Notes under the pieces: model-generated | The model's database searches: none | What the model was told of the DNA's origin: nothing | The model's input: the letters and a program-made list of their open reading frames with translations, nothing else | Translations under genes and position numbers: made by a program | Origin: Mesotaenium endlicherianum | Lineage: Eukaryota | Assembly: GCA_009602735.1 (NCBI GenBank) | Contig: WELA01003449.1 | Coordinates: 25,050 to 66,617 of the forward strand | Length of the DNA: 41,568 nt | Direction: 5' to 3' | Shown here: in pieces, positions 1-12,411 of the stretch | Layout of the letters: every line of letters starts with the position of its first letter | Numbering within the stretch: the first letter of the stretch is position 1

Positions 1-831
1 GGGGGGGGAGCTTCGGATTAGAAAGAGGGATGAATGTAGGCAAGATGTGCACGCATGCGTAGGGCATGGTGGGGTGAGCTCGCATGGATGATGCTGAGGG
101 GGCTACAAGTGTCCCTTTTTTGGGGGCCCAATGACTCTTTGCAGTCGGAGAAACATGCCATGGATGTTACTTGTTCTTTCTGATGTAGCCAGGACGAGCA
201 TGCTGCCCAAAAGAGCTTAATTGGAGTCTGGGACATATTCAGACACGTGGTGTGCAAGCTGGCTTCACCAGTCTTCTTGTATCGCTATTTGCACGTACTT
301 GCTCGCCCTTAAGATATAGCACGCCTAGGTCCTCCCTTTAGCGCGGGGCAAAGCGTTTCCTCACGCCGACGGCTGAACTGTGACCCTCTCTATCGGTCTT
401 CTCACCATGCCCTAGCCAAAGAACATCTCCAGCATTCTTGTTTGTCATGGGTTCTTCTTATGCGTTGGTTGCGGGACATACGAGTTCAAGAAAGACGCAT
501 ATACCGACAGACATATGCGTGAGTGCACGCGCGTGTCAGATGTATTTACACGCATCAGCTTGCGGACATGCATGTAAAAGAACATATAAGAAGGAACATG
601 CAAATAGAGCATACATATGTTCAAACATATGCGCACAAGATTCTGTGCTGTATGGTCATCTCTCTGAATTGAGACACGTTTCTTCCTGCCGTTCACAGCT
701 TTGCCCTAAGTTACGACGCGCGGCACCGGGCGGCAGCCGGGGGCGGCATCGCCGCCAGAGACGTCTCCGCGCGCTCGGCAACCACCACAGCCTTCACCTC
801 CACGTCGTCGTCCTCCTCCTCCTCCTCTTCC

Positions 832-3800
832 ATGGCGTATGCCCTGAAAGATGACGCCGCGGCTCTGAAGGCCCTCAAGGGCGTCACTCTAGGCGGCACC
901 CCCCTCTTGTCGCTCGTTGGCGCATCGCCGGCGTCGTCATCGTCAGCGACGGACCTTGTTGGCACACCTCCAGACAGCAGCAGCAGCAGTAGCGATCAGC
1001 CACAATCTCAGCCGGCAGCGACGACATCGATGGTTGAAAAGTTGACGGCAGCGACAGTGGCGGCAGCCCCATCCACAGCAGCAGTGTCAGCAAGGGCGGC
1101 AGCGAGCTTCCGGTGCGCCGGAATGTGCTGCTCCAGCAACGCCAAGGCCGTGTCAGCTGGCACGCCCAGCATGCCCTCCATGTGGTGGACCAACGCACTC
1201 TACGAGGGCTCCAAGGTACCCCCCCCCAACCCCTCTCTCTCACCCTCTCTCTCTCCCTCTCTCTCTGCTTCATTCTGCTTAATTCAGCATGATGTGTTTG
1301 GACGTGTTGTCGTCTTGCACATGGAAGTTGGAGCCCCTGACACACTCCCTTGACTAGACCTGGCTCTCTCATCTGCCTGTTGTTACTTCTCCTTTACCCG
1401 CCCCCTTCCGCCCCCTCTTCCAACACATCCTTAGACTTGCCCCCTTCTTCCCCCCGCCCCCTCCACGTGCCCCCATGCAAACGCACGCATGTCTTCATCC
1501 GCGCACCCTCCTGAGTCTTGCAGGTGCAGATATGGGCAAAGAACTACGGGCTGCTGTCGCCAAAGAACAACAACACGCGCGTGTGGAGCGGGCAGCTGTA
1601 CGCGTGGCCCGTCAAGTGGACCGCCCTGCCCAGCGCTGACTGGGCCATCACCATCCGCCGCCCCTCCGCCACCACCTTCCAGGCACGCCCCCCCTGCCCT
1701 CCCCTCCCCTCTCATCCCCTCCCCCCCTCTCCCCTTCTCTGCCTACTGATTGGTTGAGGTGTGGGCGTGCATGCGGCTCCTCACCTTTCTTCGTTTGGCA
1801 TCATCAGCAAGTCGCTGCTGGAAGTGTTAAGCTGGCTATTATGCCTAAAGTGCTGGCAGTGTGGAAAAATAGCAAGCTCTGAGAGACTGCTCGACTGTGA
1901 CTTCTGCTGTCTGTGAAAATGTAATAACCAAGTCATTGCTGCCGGCTGCGGCTGTCCCTCTTCTGCGTGACCTGCTCACTGCTGACACGCGTGGGGGGAA
2001 TGTGCTTGCTGCTGGTACAGATGCAAGTCCCGGGCGGCGGCTACCTGACGGCGCAGCCGGGGGCGGCGGTGACGGTCACGAAGACCGCCACTCGGGGGTC
2101 CACCTACACCTTCATCCGGGTACGCGCCCGCACGTCTTAATCTGATGGCTCCAACTGGCATCTCCAGCTGACCTGCTCCCCCTGCTTCTCTTCCTCTTCC
2201 TGCTATTGCTGTTGGTGCTGCCGCTGCCACTGCTGCTGCTGCTGCTTCTGCTGCTGTTACTACGGCCGCTGCTGCGGCTTCTGTTGCTTCAACTACATGT
2301 GCCCCTGCTCCCTCTGCTCCTAGGAGTGTCAAAGGGCACGTGTATATGAGCCCTCTCCAGCCTGCGCGTGTCCTCACGCGGCTCATGCGTGGTCCTATGG
2401 GTACATGGGTACATGCAATATGAGCGCCATTGGCCAAATGCGTGCGTGTGTGTGCTTGGTGACCTTCATATCACACTTCCTCTCCCTCTTGCGCACTTCC
2501 ATCGTGCCCATCTGAACTATCCCTCTCTGTGTGGCCTTGTCTCCCCTCTGCGTCCGTGTGCGCGTGCGCGTGCGTGTGCATGTGCTTGTGCGCGTGTGTG
2601 TGCTTATGCGCGTGTGTATGCATGTGCACTTGTGTGTGCGTGCGTGTGCGTGTGCGTGTGCGTGTGCGTGCAGAATGCTGACTCCATCTACATCAAGACG
2701 TACTTGGGCACGTACTTGATAACGTCGGATCAGAACATCATCTGGCACTTGCCTGTGGACCTGAAGGGCCCCATGGCTCCCTGGGCCGTCTTCATGCCCT
2801 ACGAGGTTTGCAACCCCTTTTTCTTCTTCTGAAACTTCGACCTTTGATCGTTTAATGTTTTGATCTTTGGCCTTGGATCTTTTAAGATATGACCTTTCCT
2901 TGTTCTTTGGTTTTTTATCTTTGGCTTCAATGGTGGGACTGAGAAGATGCTTGAGCCCCTCTTTTGCTTTCCTCTCTCTTACCCCTCTCTCCCTCTCGCT
3001 CTCTTCAGTCATGGTGGCTGCTTTTTAGATGTTGGCCTCTTAGCGTGGCACGCACCTGCGCGCTATGGAGGAAGAGGAAGCGTCCTCTGCCAAAGCCACC
3101 GTATGCGGAGCTCTGAACATGCAAGTGTAATTGCGTAGTGCGTCGCATCATTCGCATGCGCGTACGGATTTTAGAAGTAGGGCAGAAGTTAGAGCGCATG
3201 CTTTGAGGCAGGCGCTCATGCGGCGGTGCAGATTGTTGCGAACGTTGCTGGAGTTTGTGAAAAGTGCCTCATCACCAGTGGCTTCATTCTTGTGAAAAGC
3301 CTCATCGTTGATTGCATCGCCTGTGCATGGACTTTTACGTAAGAGAGGCTTGCAGCAGCCTTGCTGTGGCCGGCCTGACTCGTCGAGCTGATCTGCCACC
3401 GGCTTCATGCCTTGTTCCCGCCACCACTTTGAAAGTTGGCAGCAGACGATATGGTATGTACGCGCGTGTTATGTTCCCCTTAGTGTCTGCCCGTTCGTCC
3501 TTTTCACCCCGCGTCGTCTCGCCTTGACCGTGCGACGTGGCGGGCAGATCATGGCCGTGCCCAGGTGGCGCGGCGTGAACCTGGGCAGCTGGCTGTTCAC
3601 GGAGCAGTGGATGGTGCCGGACCTCTACAGCGGCCTGCCCTCGCTCAACGACGGCACCGCCATCCGCCTGCAGTCCCGTTTCACTAAAAAGTTTGTTTCC
3701 ACGCCCTCCGGCGGCGGCAGTGCCTCCCCTGTGAGCCCCCGTCTCCCCCCCCTGCTGCCCTCTGCTTCGATTGTGTTTGCTGTACAACAACAAAGAGCTT

Positions 3801-6800
3801 AGCCTCCTAGCTCGGGCTGGCTCTCCTCTGCCTCTTTTTGACGAGCGAGGAAGATTTCTTACCGGACCCAGCTTTGGGCGTGGTGTGCTTCCCATAAGTC
3901 GTGTTATCATTCAAGGCGCGTGCGCGTGCGCATGCATGCTGCCCGTTCAGCAGCCACGTGGCAGTCCAGCAGAGGCCGAGGAAGCAGTCGCAGGTTGATG
4001 TCAAATAATACAAGTCGTGGGTGGTTGTACCCTGCTGTCAACGCCACATGTCGTGCCTTACTCATGTGTGCTCTAAATCTAGCCCCAGCTCCATCTCTGG
4101 CCAGCCCCTAATCGTGTGTGATTGCGCGCGCGCGCATGTGCGTTTGCATTTGTGTGTGCGCGTGTCTGTGTGTGTGATTGCCACATAGCAGCTCACATGC
4201 AAGGACAGCACGCCCTCCAAGAACAGCTGGTTTCGCATCCTGCGCGTGGGCAGCAGCTCGGGGCCCGTCAAGCTGCGCACCGACTCCGGCGGCTACTTCG
4301 TGACAGCTGTCAAGGGCGGCGGGTCCTCCCTTGTTGCCACGCTCTTTCTCTCAGGGGGCAAGTGAGTACCTGCCCCGGCCCCTGCCCGCCTGTTTTGCTG
4401 TCACGCCTCCGCAGGCATGGCTTTCTGCGCCCCCCCTTGCGATGCTCCCTCATAGAGTCAGTGCGCGCATGTCCTGTATTGAGGCGTGCAATGTGCGGTA
4501 TTGCTGGACCTCGCTGGAGTTGAAGCTTGCTGGGTAAGACACGAGTGTGGATGCGATAGTTCTTAAGGTGGGGTTGCTTTTCTTTGTACATGAACTTTTG
4601 TTCCTAAAAAGCTCTCTTAAATAAAGAGGAAGAGCCTGCCGAGTTAGAGCTACAAACAATAGAAATTTTGTGTTCTGCGTTCTCCATAGGTGGTGTTGCA
4701 GAGTAGGTGGAACCAGCTGGAGAGGGTGAGCAGAGGGTGTAATATCAATGCAGCCTCCTGATGCCAAAATCTTGCACTTGGCCGTGTGCCCGCTCCCTCT
4801 TTCCCTCCTTTGCTCCTTCCGTCCTTCCCGCCCTCATCTGCCTGTCTATCTGTCTGTCTGAGTGATACAAACCATGTACAAAGAGCATAAGCGCTCAGAG
4901 AGGGGGAGCAGCGTTGACATCTCGGAAGGGGACCGATGCAAGTGGTGTGCGCAGGTACGAGACGTTCACCATCAGGAGGCACCCAAAGTTCCCCTTCATC
5001 ATCATGCTGCAGGCCTCCAACGGCTTCTTCCTGAGCACCAACGGGCAGGGCAAGTGAGGCCCCCTCGTCCTTGCCCTCCTTATCGCCCTCCTCCTCGCCC
5101 TCCCCCTCTTCCCTTCCCCCCCCGTTGCCTCGCCTCGGCCCTCTCTAAAAAATCCCCTCTTCCTTTGCCTTTCTGCCTTGCCCCTTTCCTTCATTCCTCT
5201 CGTCTTGTTTTCACTGTGCTCTTCTAGAGGTACTTTGACCCCCCAGATGATCGCATGCACGCAGACTCCCAGGTTTACGTACAATTTTTGCCTCTGCATA
5301 CTATCTCCTCCTATTGCGTGCTGCTGCTAGACTCCTTGCACTCATACGCCTCGCCCGCACCTCACTCCTTTACAGACTACTTAGCGCTCCCCCCCCTCCT
5401 CCTCCGGGGCCCCCCCTTGCCCCGCCCCCACACTAACAGCAGCGACTGCTCTTGGGTATGTGATGTGGGGTTTGGCGGATGGGATGGGTGCCCTGCGATC
5501 ACAAACCAGGCTCGCCTTCAACGTGGACCCCAAGTACGTCAGCCTCAAGGCCACCAGCAGGGACTGGAGTCGCGCGACGGCCTTCAATGCCATCGTGGTG
5601 AGCGTGTGCAAATTTCTCTCCCTCTCTGTGGCCCCCGCCTGCTTGGGCTTCGACCGTTCTGTTTTTTTTTCAATCTTTTTCTGCAGGTGATCCTTTTTTA
5701 CTTCAGGAGTGTCTTCAGGGACCACCGGCAGTTTTTGGTGGGCAGCTAGCCCTGTTTCCTTAGCCCCTCCCTCCCTCCCTCGTTCCCTCCCTCCCCCCTC
5801 TCCCNGCCTCCCAGTCTCCCCCTCTCTCCCTCTCTCCCTCTCACCCCCCTTCCTGCCAACCTTTGTCTGCGCAATGTAGACCGCCCATCCCCCCCAGCAT
5901 CAATCGCGCACGTCTGGGCTCGTCTCGTGGTGGTGGTGCAGATGGATGAGTTTCTCCAGGAGTGGCAGCTGGCGGCTGGCCTGGGCCCCGCGGAGGCGAA
6001 GAGGCGCCTGACGCAGCACTGGAGCACCTTCATCACCGAGTCCGACTTCAAGTTCCTCCAGCAGCAGGTGCGCGGGGGGGAGCTGCCGGGAAACTGCACG
6101 TTTTCCCTCACCCCTTGTGGCCCTTTTGTAGCAGCGATGAGATTCTCCTGCTGCTAGAACACGTGCCACCTGGTGATTTGTGGAGGCCCCTCCAAATACC
6201 TCCCGATTGTCTGCGGACCCAGGGGCCAGATGCTTTTTTGCCCGCCTCAATCTGTCGTGCATTTTGGTGGATTGCACATAATATGCTCTGCCCCTCTGCT
6301 CAGCTTTGAACCTGAAACTGAAATCTGAACTCTGAATTGCACGCTTGCTGTGTGCTGCTGAGGCCATTGCCTGGCTAAAGATGCTTCAGGAGCGGAGGGA
6401 TGGGGAGGGGGGCAGCCTGGGCGGCAGTGAGCGTCAATCTCTAAGCAATTTCCTTTCCGGGGCTCCCTCCTGATGCCCCATTGTCTCTGACGCTTTCTGC
6501 GGGTGTGCGAATGCATGGATGTGTGGATGGATGGGGTGAGTTCAGAACATCAACGCGCTGCGCATCCCCGTCGGCTACTGGCTGGCGCAGGAGGACACGC
6601 CCGAATACCCCTGGGTGGGTGGCAGCCACCGCTACCTCGACTGGGCGCTCAACATGGCCGGTGAGAGACAAGCAGCAGCAGCTGCAGCTGGCATCCCAAC
6701 TTGTTCTCTCCTCTCTTTCTCCCCCCCTCTTTCCCTCCCTCTTTTCTAGTCCCTCCCTCCCTCCCTTGCACAGATTTATGGGCTTCCTGAGCAGGTCCAG

Positions 6801-9800
6801 CCCCAGCCAAAGTGATTCAGGTCCTTGAATCAGTAGCAGTTTTTTTTTTTGCGCATGCATGTGTAAGGCCCGGCGCAACCCGTGATGCTTAAACGGTCAC
6901 TTGCATGTGCGCGTGTGCGCCCGTGCGCGTGCACGTCCGTGTGGCTGACTCTGTTGCATGGGGGGCGCAGGTAAGTACGGGATGACGGTGATGGTGCAGA
7001 TGCACGTGGCGCCGCGCTCGCAGAATGGCATGGGCAGCCAGGACGCCTTCACCATGTGGCCCTACAACATCAGCAACAGCATCGGCACGCACCTCGCTGC
7101 CATCGAGTACGTCGCCAAGAGGTGAGCGGGGGGACGCGCTCCCGACTGCATGGCTGGGTTTGTGGCTGGCTGGCTGGCTGGCTGGCTGGGGAGTCATGGT
7201 CCCTGTCACCGTTCCTCTCAATTGAATCCTACCCAACGCCTGTGCGCCCTCTGTCAGATTTTCATTTGGGGTCTGCACTTGCCCTAGGCACTGCGGCCAC
7301 TTGGTGCTTCCTCACTGACAATTGGAAGGGACTTTGTCCTGCAGGTACGCCAATCACGCGGGGTTTGCGGGCATCGGCGTGCTGAACGAGCCCAACCAGA
7401 AGAGCGACAACATCCTGAGCGCCTTCTGGCAGGAGGCCTACAGGCGCGTGCGCAAGTGGTCCCCTGTGAGTGACGTGATCCAGCCCTCCCCATGTCCTTG
7501 AGCAGCCCTGCCCCCATTTGCACCGAGAAGCCGGCCGGGCTTGCGAGAATGCTCACTTGGCTCCTCCCTTCACCCATGACCACCCTCTTTACCCTCCCCC
7601 CCCCNNNNNNNNNNNNNNNNNNNNNNNNNNNNNNNNNNNNNNNNNNNNNNNNNNNNNNNNNNNNNNNNNNNNNNNNNNNNNNNNNNNNNNNNNNNNNNNN
7701 NNNNNNNNNNNNNNNNNNNNNNNNNNNNNNNNNNNNNNNNNNNNNNNNNNNNNNNNNNNNNNNNNNNNNNNNNNNNNNNNNNNNNNNNNNNNNNNNNNNN
7801 NNNNNNNNNNNNNNNNNNNNNNNNNNNNNNNNNNNNNNNNNNNNNNNNNNNNNNNNNNNNNNNNNNNNNNNNNNNNNNNNNNNNNNNNNNNNNNNNNNNN
7901 NNNNNNNNNNNNNNNNNNNNNNNNNNNNNNNNNNNNNNNNNNNNNNNNNNNNNNNNNNNNNNNNNNNNNNNNNNNNNNNNNNNNNNNNNNNNNNNNNNNN
8001 NNNNNNNNNNNNNNNNNNNNNNNNNNNNNNNNNNNNNNNNNNNNNNNNNNNNNNNNNNNNNNNNNNNNNNNNNNNNNNNNNNNNNNNNNNNNNNNNNNNN
8101 NNNNNNNNNNNNNNNNNNNNNNNNNNNNNNNNNNNNNNNNNNNNNNNNNNNNNNNNNNNNNNNNNNNNNNNNNNNNNNNNNNNNNNNNNNNNNGGGGGGG
8201 GGAGGGAGAGGGTAGATGGGTGATGAGGGACAGAGTGATCCGCGGTGGTTGTGAGGAGCCAGGCTGCTCTGTCTACATTCATGCACTTTATATGTTTCAG
8301 TCATTGAATGCTCTCAGTTGCTTGTGCACCTCCTTGTGCGCTCAGGAGTAAACTTGTCAGTCATGCATCCGGCGATGATGAGTTGGTAGCCTTGAGCCGT
8401 TTCTTTCTGGCTCATGTGTGCGCGCGCGTCCGAGCGCACTCGCGTGCTTGCACGCGTGTTGCGCCTTGCACGCGTGTTGCGCCCGTGTGCATTGGCGCCA
8501 CAAATGCGCTGACGATGCTCGTCACACATGCACACACAATTGCTTGCTGCTAGGCATATGAGGCAGGGGGGCTTCACGCTATAAGGCCGTCTAGTGCATC
8601 AGAAGAAAAAATATGAGCAGAGTACCACCATTTACGGACTCTTGTCTGCTCTTCGTCACAGCTCACCTTGTTTTTGGTTTCCTCGTCGCAAAGAAATTGC
8701 ACCAGCCTTCATCCACCCTTCTCTCCCTCCTTTTCCCGCAGAAGGGCAGGGCTTTGCGCCGCCGATTCACGCGTTGATTCGCGCTTGTGTGCTGACTTTT
8801 GCCTCTCTCTCTCTCTTCCTGCGTGGTTGCTGTTGCGAGAGGGTGTGCAGTGCGCCATGGTGATGTTCACGATGAAGACGGATGGCCATTGGTGGGACTT
8901 CTGGAACATGCCGGGGTGGCCGAAGTATTCGAACGTGGTGGTGGACATGCACCAGTACTCTCTATATGCCAGCGGGAATTACTCGTCCTCTGCCAATCTC
9001 CCCAGCCTGCTGGAGAATTGGCTGACCGGATATGCCGGCAAGATCATCCAGGTAAGCTCTCTAGACCTGTATGCATCTAGGTGTTACGATGGATATATGT
9101 TTGTAAGGATACACACATACACGTATATATTATATATATGTATATATGTGTTCATATACATATATGCACATACACATATATAAGTGTGTGTGTACATGTA
9201 CATGTATGTGTGTTTATATGTATGTTTGTGAGTAAATATATATATGTATGTGCATAAGGCAGTTTCTGTGTACAAATTTCATATCTCTGTGGATGCATTT
9301 GGTTAGCGCTCTTGCTCTAAAATAATATTATATGGATGCAGATATTAATATTTTACATTTATTCCCGTACATACGTGGGTGTGTGGGAGCCCATGATTAT
9401 GTACTTTCTGCTGTAATTTTGTAATTGTTAAAAGCGTGGGTAACATATATTGAGAAAAACACCGTGGGGTGCTGCTGACAAATTCTGGTCTGGTCTATGT
9501 GCCCTCTTGTATATACATTTTCCTCAGGCACCCTCGCAGGGGGCATACGCGCTTGCGGTGATGGGCGAGTGGAGCAATGCGCTGCCGTATCAGCCCGACA
9601 CCTGGGACGACTATGTCAAGTTAGGCCTGGCCCAGGTATGACTGCGAGCTCGCGTGAACTTCTGTTTTCGATTGTGACCCTTCAACGATATTCTCATTGG
9701 AAAAGTGTGCATATAGAACTTGTGTTGATCGCGTGCCTGGAAATCTTAAACCTTGAGTAGGCATGGCGTTGTGCTTGCTTGTGAGTTGGAAGGAGCTTGC

Positions 9801-10406
9801 GATTGCAAATGTGACTGGGTGTGACCTTAGGGCGAGGGGTAGAGCAGAGAGGGGCATTAGGGTGGAAGGAATGTAGGCATGTGTCTTTTATAATTTGTGC
9901 AACTGAGGTATTTGCAGGGGTCTGCTGCAAGAGGACTCAGCTGCTGAACAATAGCTGGTGTGTGTTACGTCTCAGAATGGCTGAGATACCTACGACACGA
10001 GATGGATGTGAAGCATTCAGGGTTCCGCCCCCCCCCGCAAGTGACATGTGGGTCTGGGCTGCATGAATGCTTTGCAAGTTTTAGTATATCAGCTATGTAG
10101 CACTTCGAAACCTGCTGCAAGTTAACATGTGCTCGAGGCAACGGGCGGCGCGAGGGCAAGCTGCTCTCTAGACGACTGCTCGAGGCGCCCTCCGGCTTTT
10201 TTGTGTTGATGTCCTTTCTGACAGTGTTTCCGGGGTCATCTGGCGTCTTCCTGTGATTCGTACAGGAACGAGCATACGCGAATTCCTCGGCGGGTTGGTT
10301 CTTTTGGTCGTACAAGAAGCTGGCCAACTGGTACAGTGCGTGGGACTTTCGCATATGCATCGAGCGAGGATGGCTCAGCCACAAGAAGGGCGGTGGATGG
10401 CCGTGA
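832..10406 (+). CDS. Glycoside hydrolase family 5 glucan 1,3-beta-glucosidase (exo-beta-1,3-glucanase)-like protein with fascin-like modules; plant GH5_14-like; multi-exon, 5' end uncertain
   Basis: Phase-consistent exons: (699/832)-1215, 1524-1682 (GC donor), 2021-2119, 2674-2805, 3548-3730, 4189/4192-4361, 4955-5053, 5510-5597, 5942-6067, 6546-6660, 6971-7121, 7345-7465, 8851-9051, 9528-9635, 10266-10406 (TGA). About 759 aa from ATG 832. GH5 motifs: RGVNLGSWLFTEQWM, HWSTFITESDF, NALRIPVGYW, LNEP (acid/base Glu), VVDMHQY, MGEWS (nucleophile Glu), GWFFWSYK...WDFR. Confidence 0.9.
2556..2670 (+). repeat. (TG)/(TGCG) microsatellite directly upstream of a 3' splice site
   Basis: gtgcgtgtgcgtgtgcgtg...cag|aat. 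Confidence 0.9.
3640..5597 (+). other. Fascin-like (beta-trefoil) insert within the GH5 barrel
   Basis: LNDGTAIRLQSRFTKKFVS...VKLRTDSGGYFVTA..GGG...YETFTIRR...IMLQASNGFFLS lies right after the first GH5 strand. This is where the plant GH5 glucan 1,3-beta-glucosidases carry their fascin-like domain. Recognised by eye. Confidence 0.7.
7605..8193. other. Assembly gap (other gaps: 14613-14630, 16992-17013, 26783-27539, 28628-29286)
   Basis: N runs, all intronic and bordered by G- or C-rich tracts. Confidence 0.99.
9090..9255 (+). repeat. (TA)/(TG)/(CA) mixed microsatellite, intronic
   Basis: atatatattatatatatgtatatatgtg... Confidence 0.85.
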
Positions 10407-11419
10407 TGTCGCCGCTTGCTAAATCAAGAGCCAGGAGCCATTCTTGGCCCACTACTTTGTTTATTTATTTGGGGATATTCGAAGTTAACTCTTTCCTGAG
10501 CTTGGCGGCAGACACGAGAAAGAGCTGCTTGCCTAAGGGGTGCCTAATTCTCATTTTGGGAATAGGCACGTCTTATGCAACGCCTCCCTACTCGTGTTAG
10601 GTATACCTATAGCTCACTTTCTTTTTGACTGAGATGCTAGCTTGCTAGTTATTATATGACGTGGTTTGCTTGGCAGTGAGCACCCTACCTCAAATAATAA
10701 CTAGCTCGCAAGCCTGGATTGACTCTGTGGTATAATCTATTTATATTATTAGCCTTCTGATTGCTGCAGATGTATAATAGCTACAATTGTTTGTAGGCTG
10801 ATCCTTATTTATAAGCCACCAAACAAGGTGCACCTTTGGTGTATAGTTAGTGTCGGTATAACAAAGTTGTGCTATTTGCGCAACGTGATTCAATGTTTGC
10901 GTCACATTCGCCACGTGCTACATTTGCCTTGCATGTCAGATTCATCACTTTGCAAATCGGTTGTAAGTAATGGCTCTCTCTACGTCGTTTTGCGTGACCA
11001 ACTTGGCGTCCAGCAGATTGTGTTACCTTATGTTGCGACCTTATTTTGCATGTCAGTCGTAACTTTCCATGCAAATTACATATCCTTCACCATACCTCAC
11101 GCATTGCTTGTTAAATTGTTCAAGCGCTGCAATCATCATTCCCGCAGCATTAATTATCTAAAAGCATCATTTCATATATCTTTCTTCTTCTGTAGTGTAC
11201 AGACAACACATGATAGGCAGAAGCTGACGTGCTGGCGAAACCTGCATGGAACAGAAATGATAGATCGATCTAGCTAACCGACTCTTGATACAGGGTGATA
11301 GAAATAATATCTTTTCCTCAAAAAAATTATGAGCTTAACAGGCTGCGATGCTCGCAGATTGAAACTCAAGACTTTGGAAGGTACCTCTACGGAGTAAAGA
11401 CTGCCAAGCTTTAGCTCTA

Positions 11420-11900
11420 TCCTTTCTACTCACCATCTGGAAAGCATGCACATAAACTATGTGGCTGTCTTATAGCGCAGGCCTAATCGACCCACAAACG
11501 AAATTTAGAATACCATTTGTGCCCTTGGCCTCTACTAGTTGCTCAACCTTTAGGTACTCCTGAGTTACAATCTACAGCAAGGGGCACCTTCTATCGAGAA
11601 TATCAGGTTACTTCTCTACACCTCCCCCCTATGGAGGAGATTGGAGCTGGCTGAATCCTCCGTAGCTCACATGTCTCACCCTTCTTCCACCATCACCTTT
11701 TCATCCACGGCCCTGTCGTTGTCGTACCAAGGCGTGCGCTTGTGTAATGTTACAAGCAGCCCTGGCAAATAAATATCTACCAAGTAAACAATCTGAAGAT
11801 AAGATTATGCTTTTTCTACACGCTATCCTCTTAGGCTTGCGTCACTGTCCTTCAAACCTTCATGTGTACAAATTGGAGGTCTTGGGAGCATTGAAGCGCC
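11420..11900 (+). mobile_element. Possible heavily degenerated LINE (L1/Tx1-like) ORF2 remnant
   Basis: Broken-frame fragments appear in the expected order: FYSPSG (cf. F...SG.KIN), TFRYS*VTI (cf. FRYLGVPI), LSLSYQGVRLCNV (cf. LS..GR..LIN), QIGGLGSI (cf. GGLG). Matches are weak and by eye only. Confidence 0.3.
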
Positions 11901-12411
11901 TGAGGAGCGTTTACCTTGCTACAGGATTGCACCTGCTCCTAGCATCTAGCACACCTTATCCTAACCCAGGTTCTGCAGTGGGTCCGTCACTGTAGAGGTT
12001 ATTGGATGGCGTGCATCGACCAGACATTCGTCGCTATCCTAGACTGCCGTGAAGGCTGTTCTAGTGGAGCCTGCAATTAGATATGGAATTTTCCTGTACC
12101 TCTCCCTCTTCACCCTTCTCTCACCACCTTTTCAACCCTATTACCTCACAAGGGGACGGGTTTATCAGGGGCTGCTGCTCATCCTATGTCAACTTTACTT
12201 CTTTTCAGCCTCAGCCCCCCTTTTTTTCAACCTATCCTGGAAAGCTTCAACTTTCCAAACCATCACAAGTTAACCAAGCTTCAGGCCAAGGCCCAGATCC
12301 CCATAACGCAGCTAAACAATTCTACCCAAACCCTAGACCCAATAGTTCTCAGTCCCAGTCCTTCATTTCCCACACCCATCGCCCTGCAAGCCCAGCCTAG
12401 CTACCAGCCCT

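Noticed and set aside
7284..8351. Long ORFs spanning N gaps (also 26579-27943 and 28557-29565)
   Set aside because: Their length is an artefact of X translation. Only the exon portions listed in the gene models are supported.
8448..8483. Short perfect local duplications (also 14796-14824, 23559-23610, 40996-41026)
   Set aside because: Ordinary two-copy slippage repeats with no unique spacers; not CRISPR-like.
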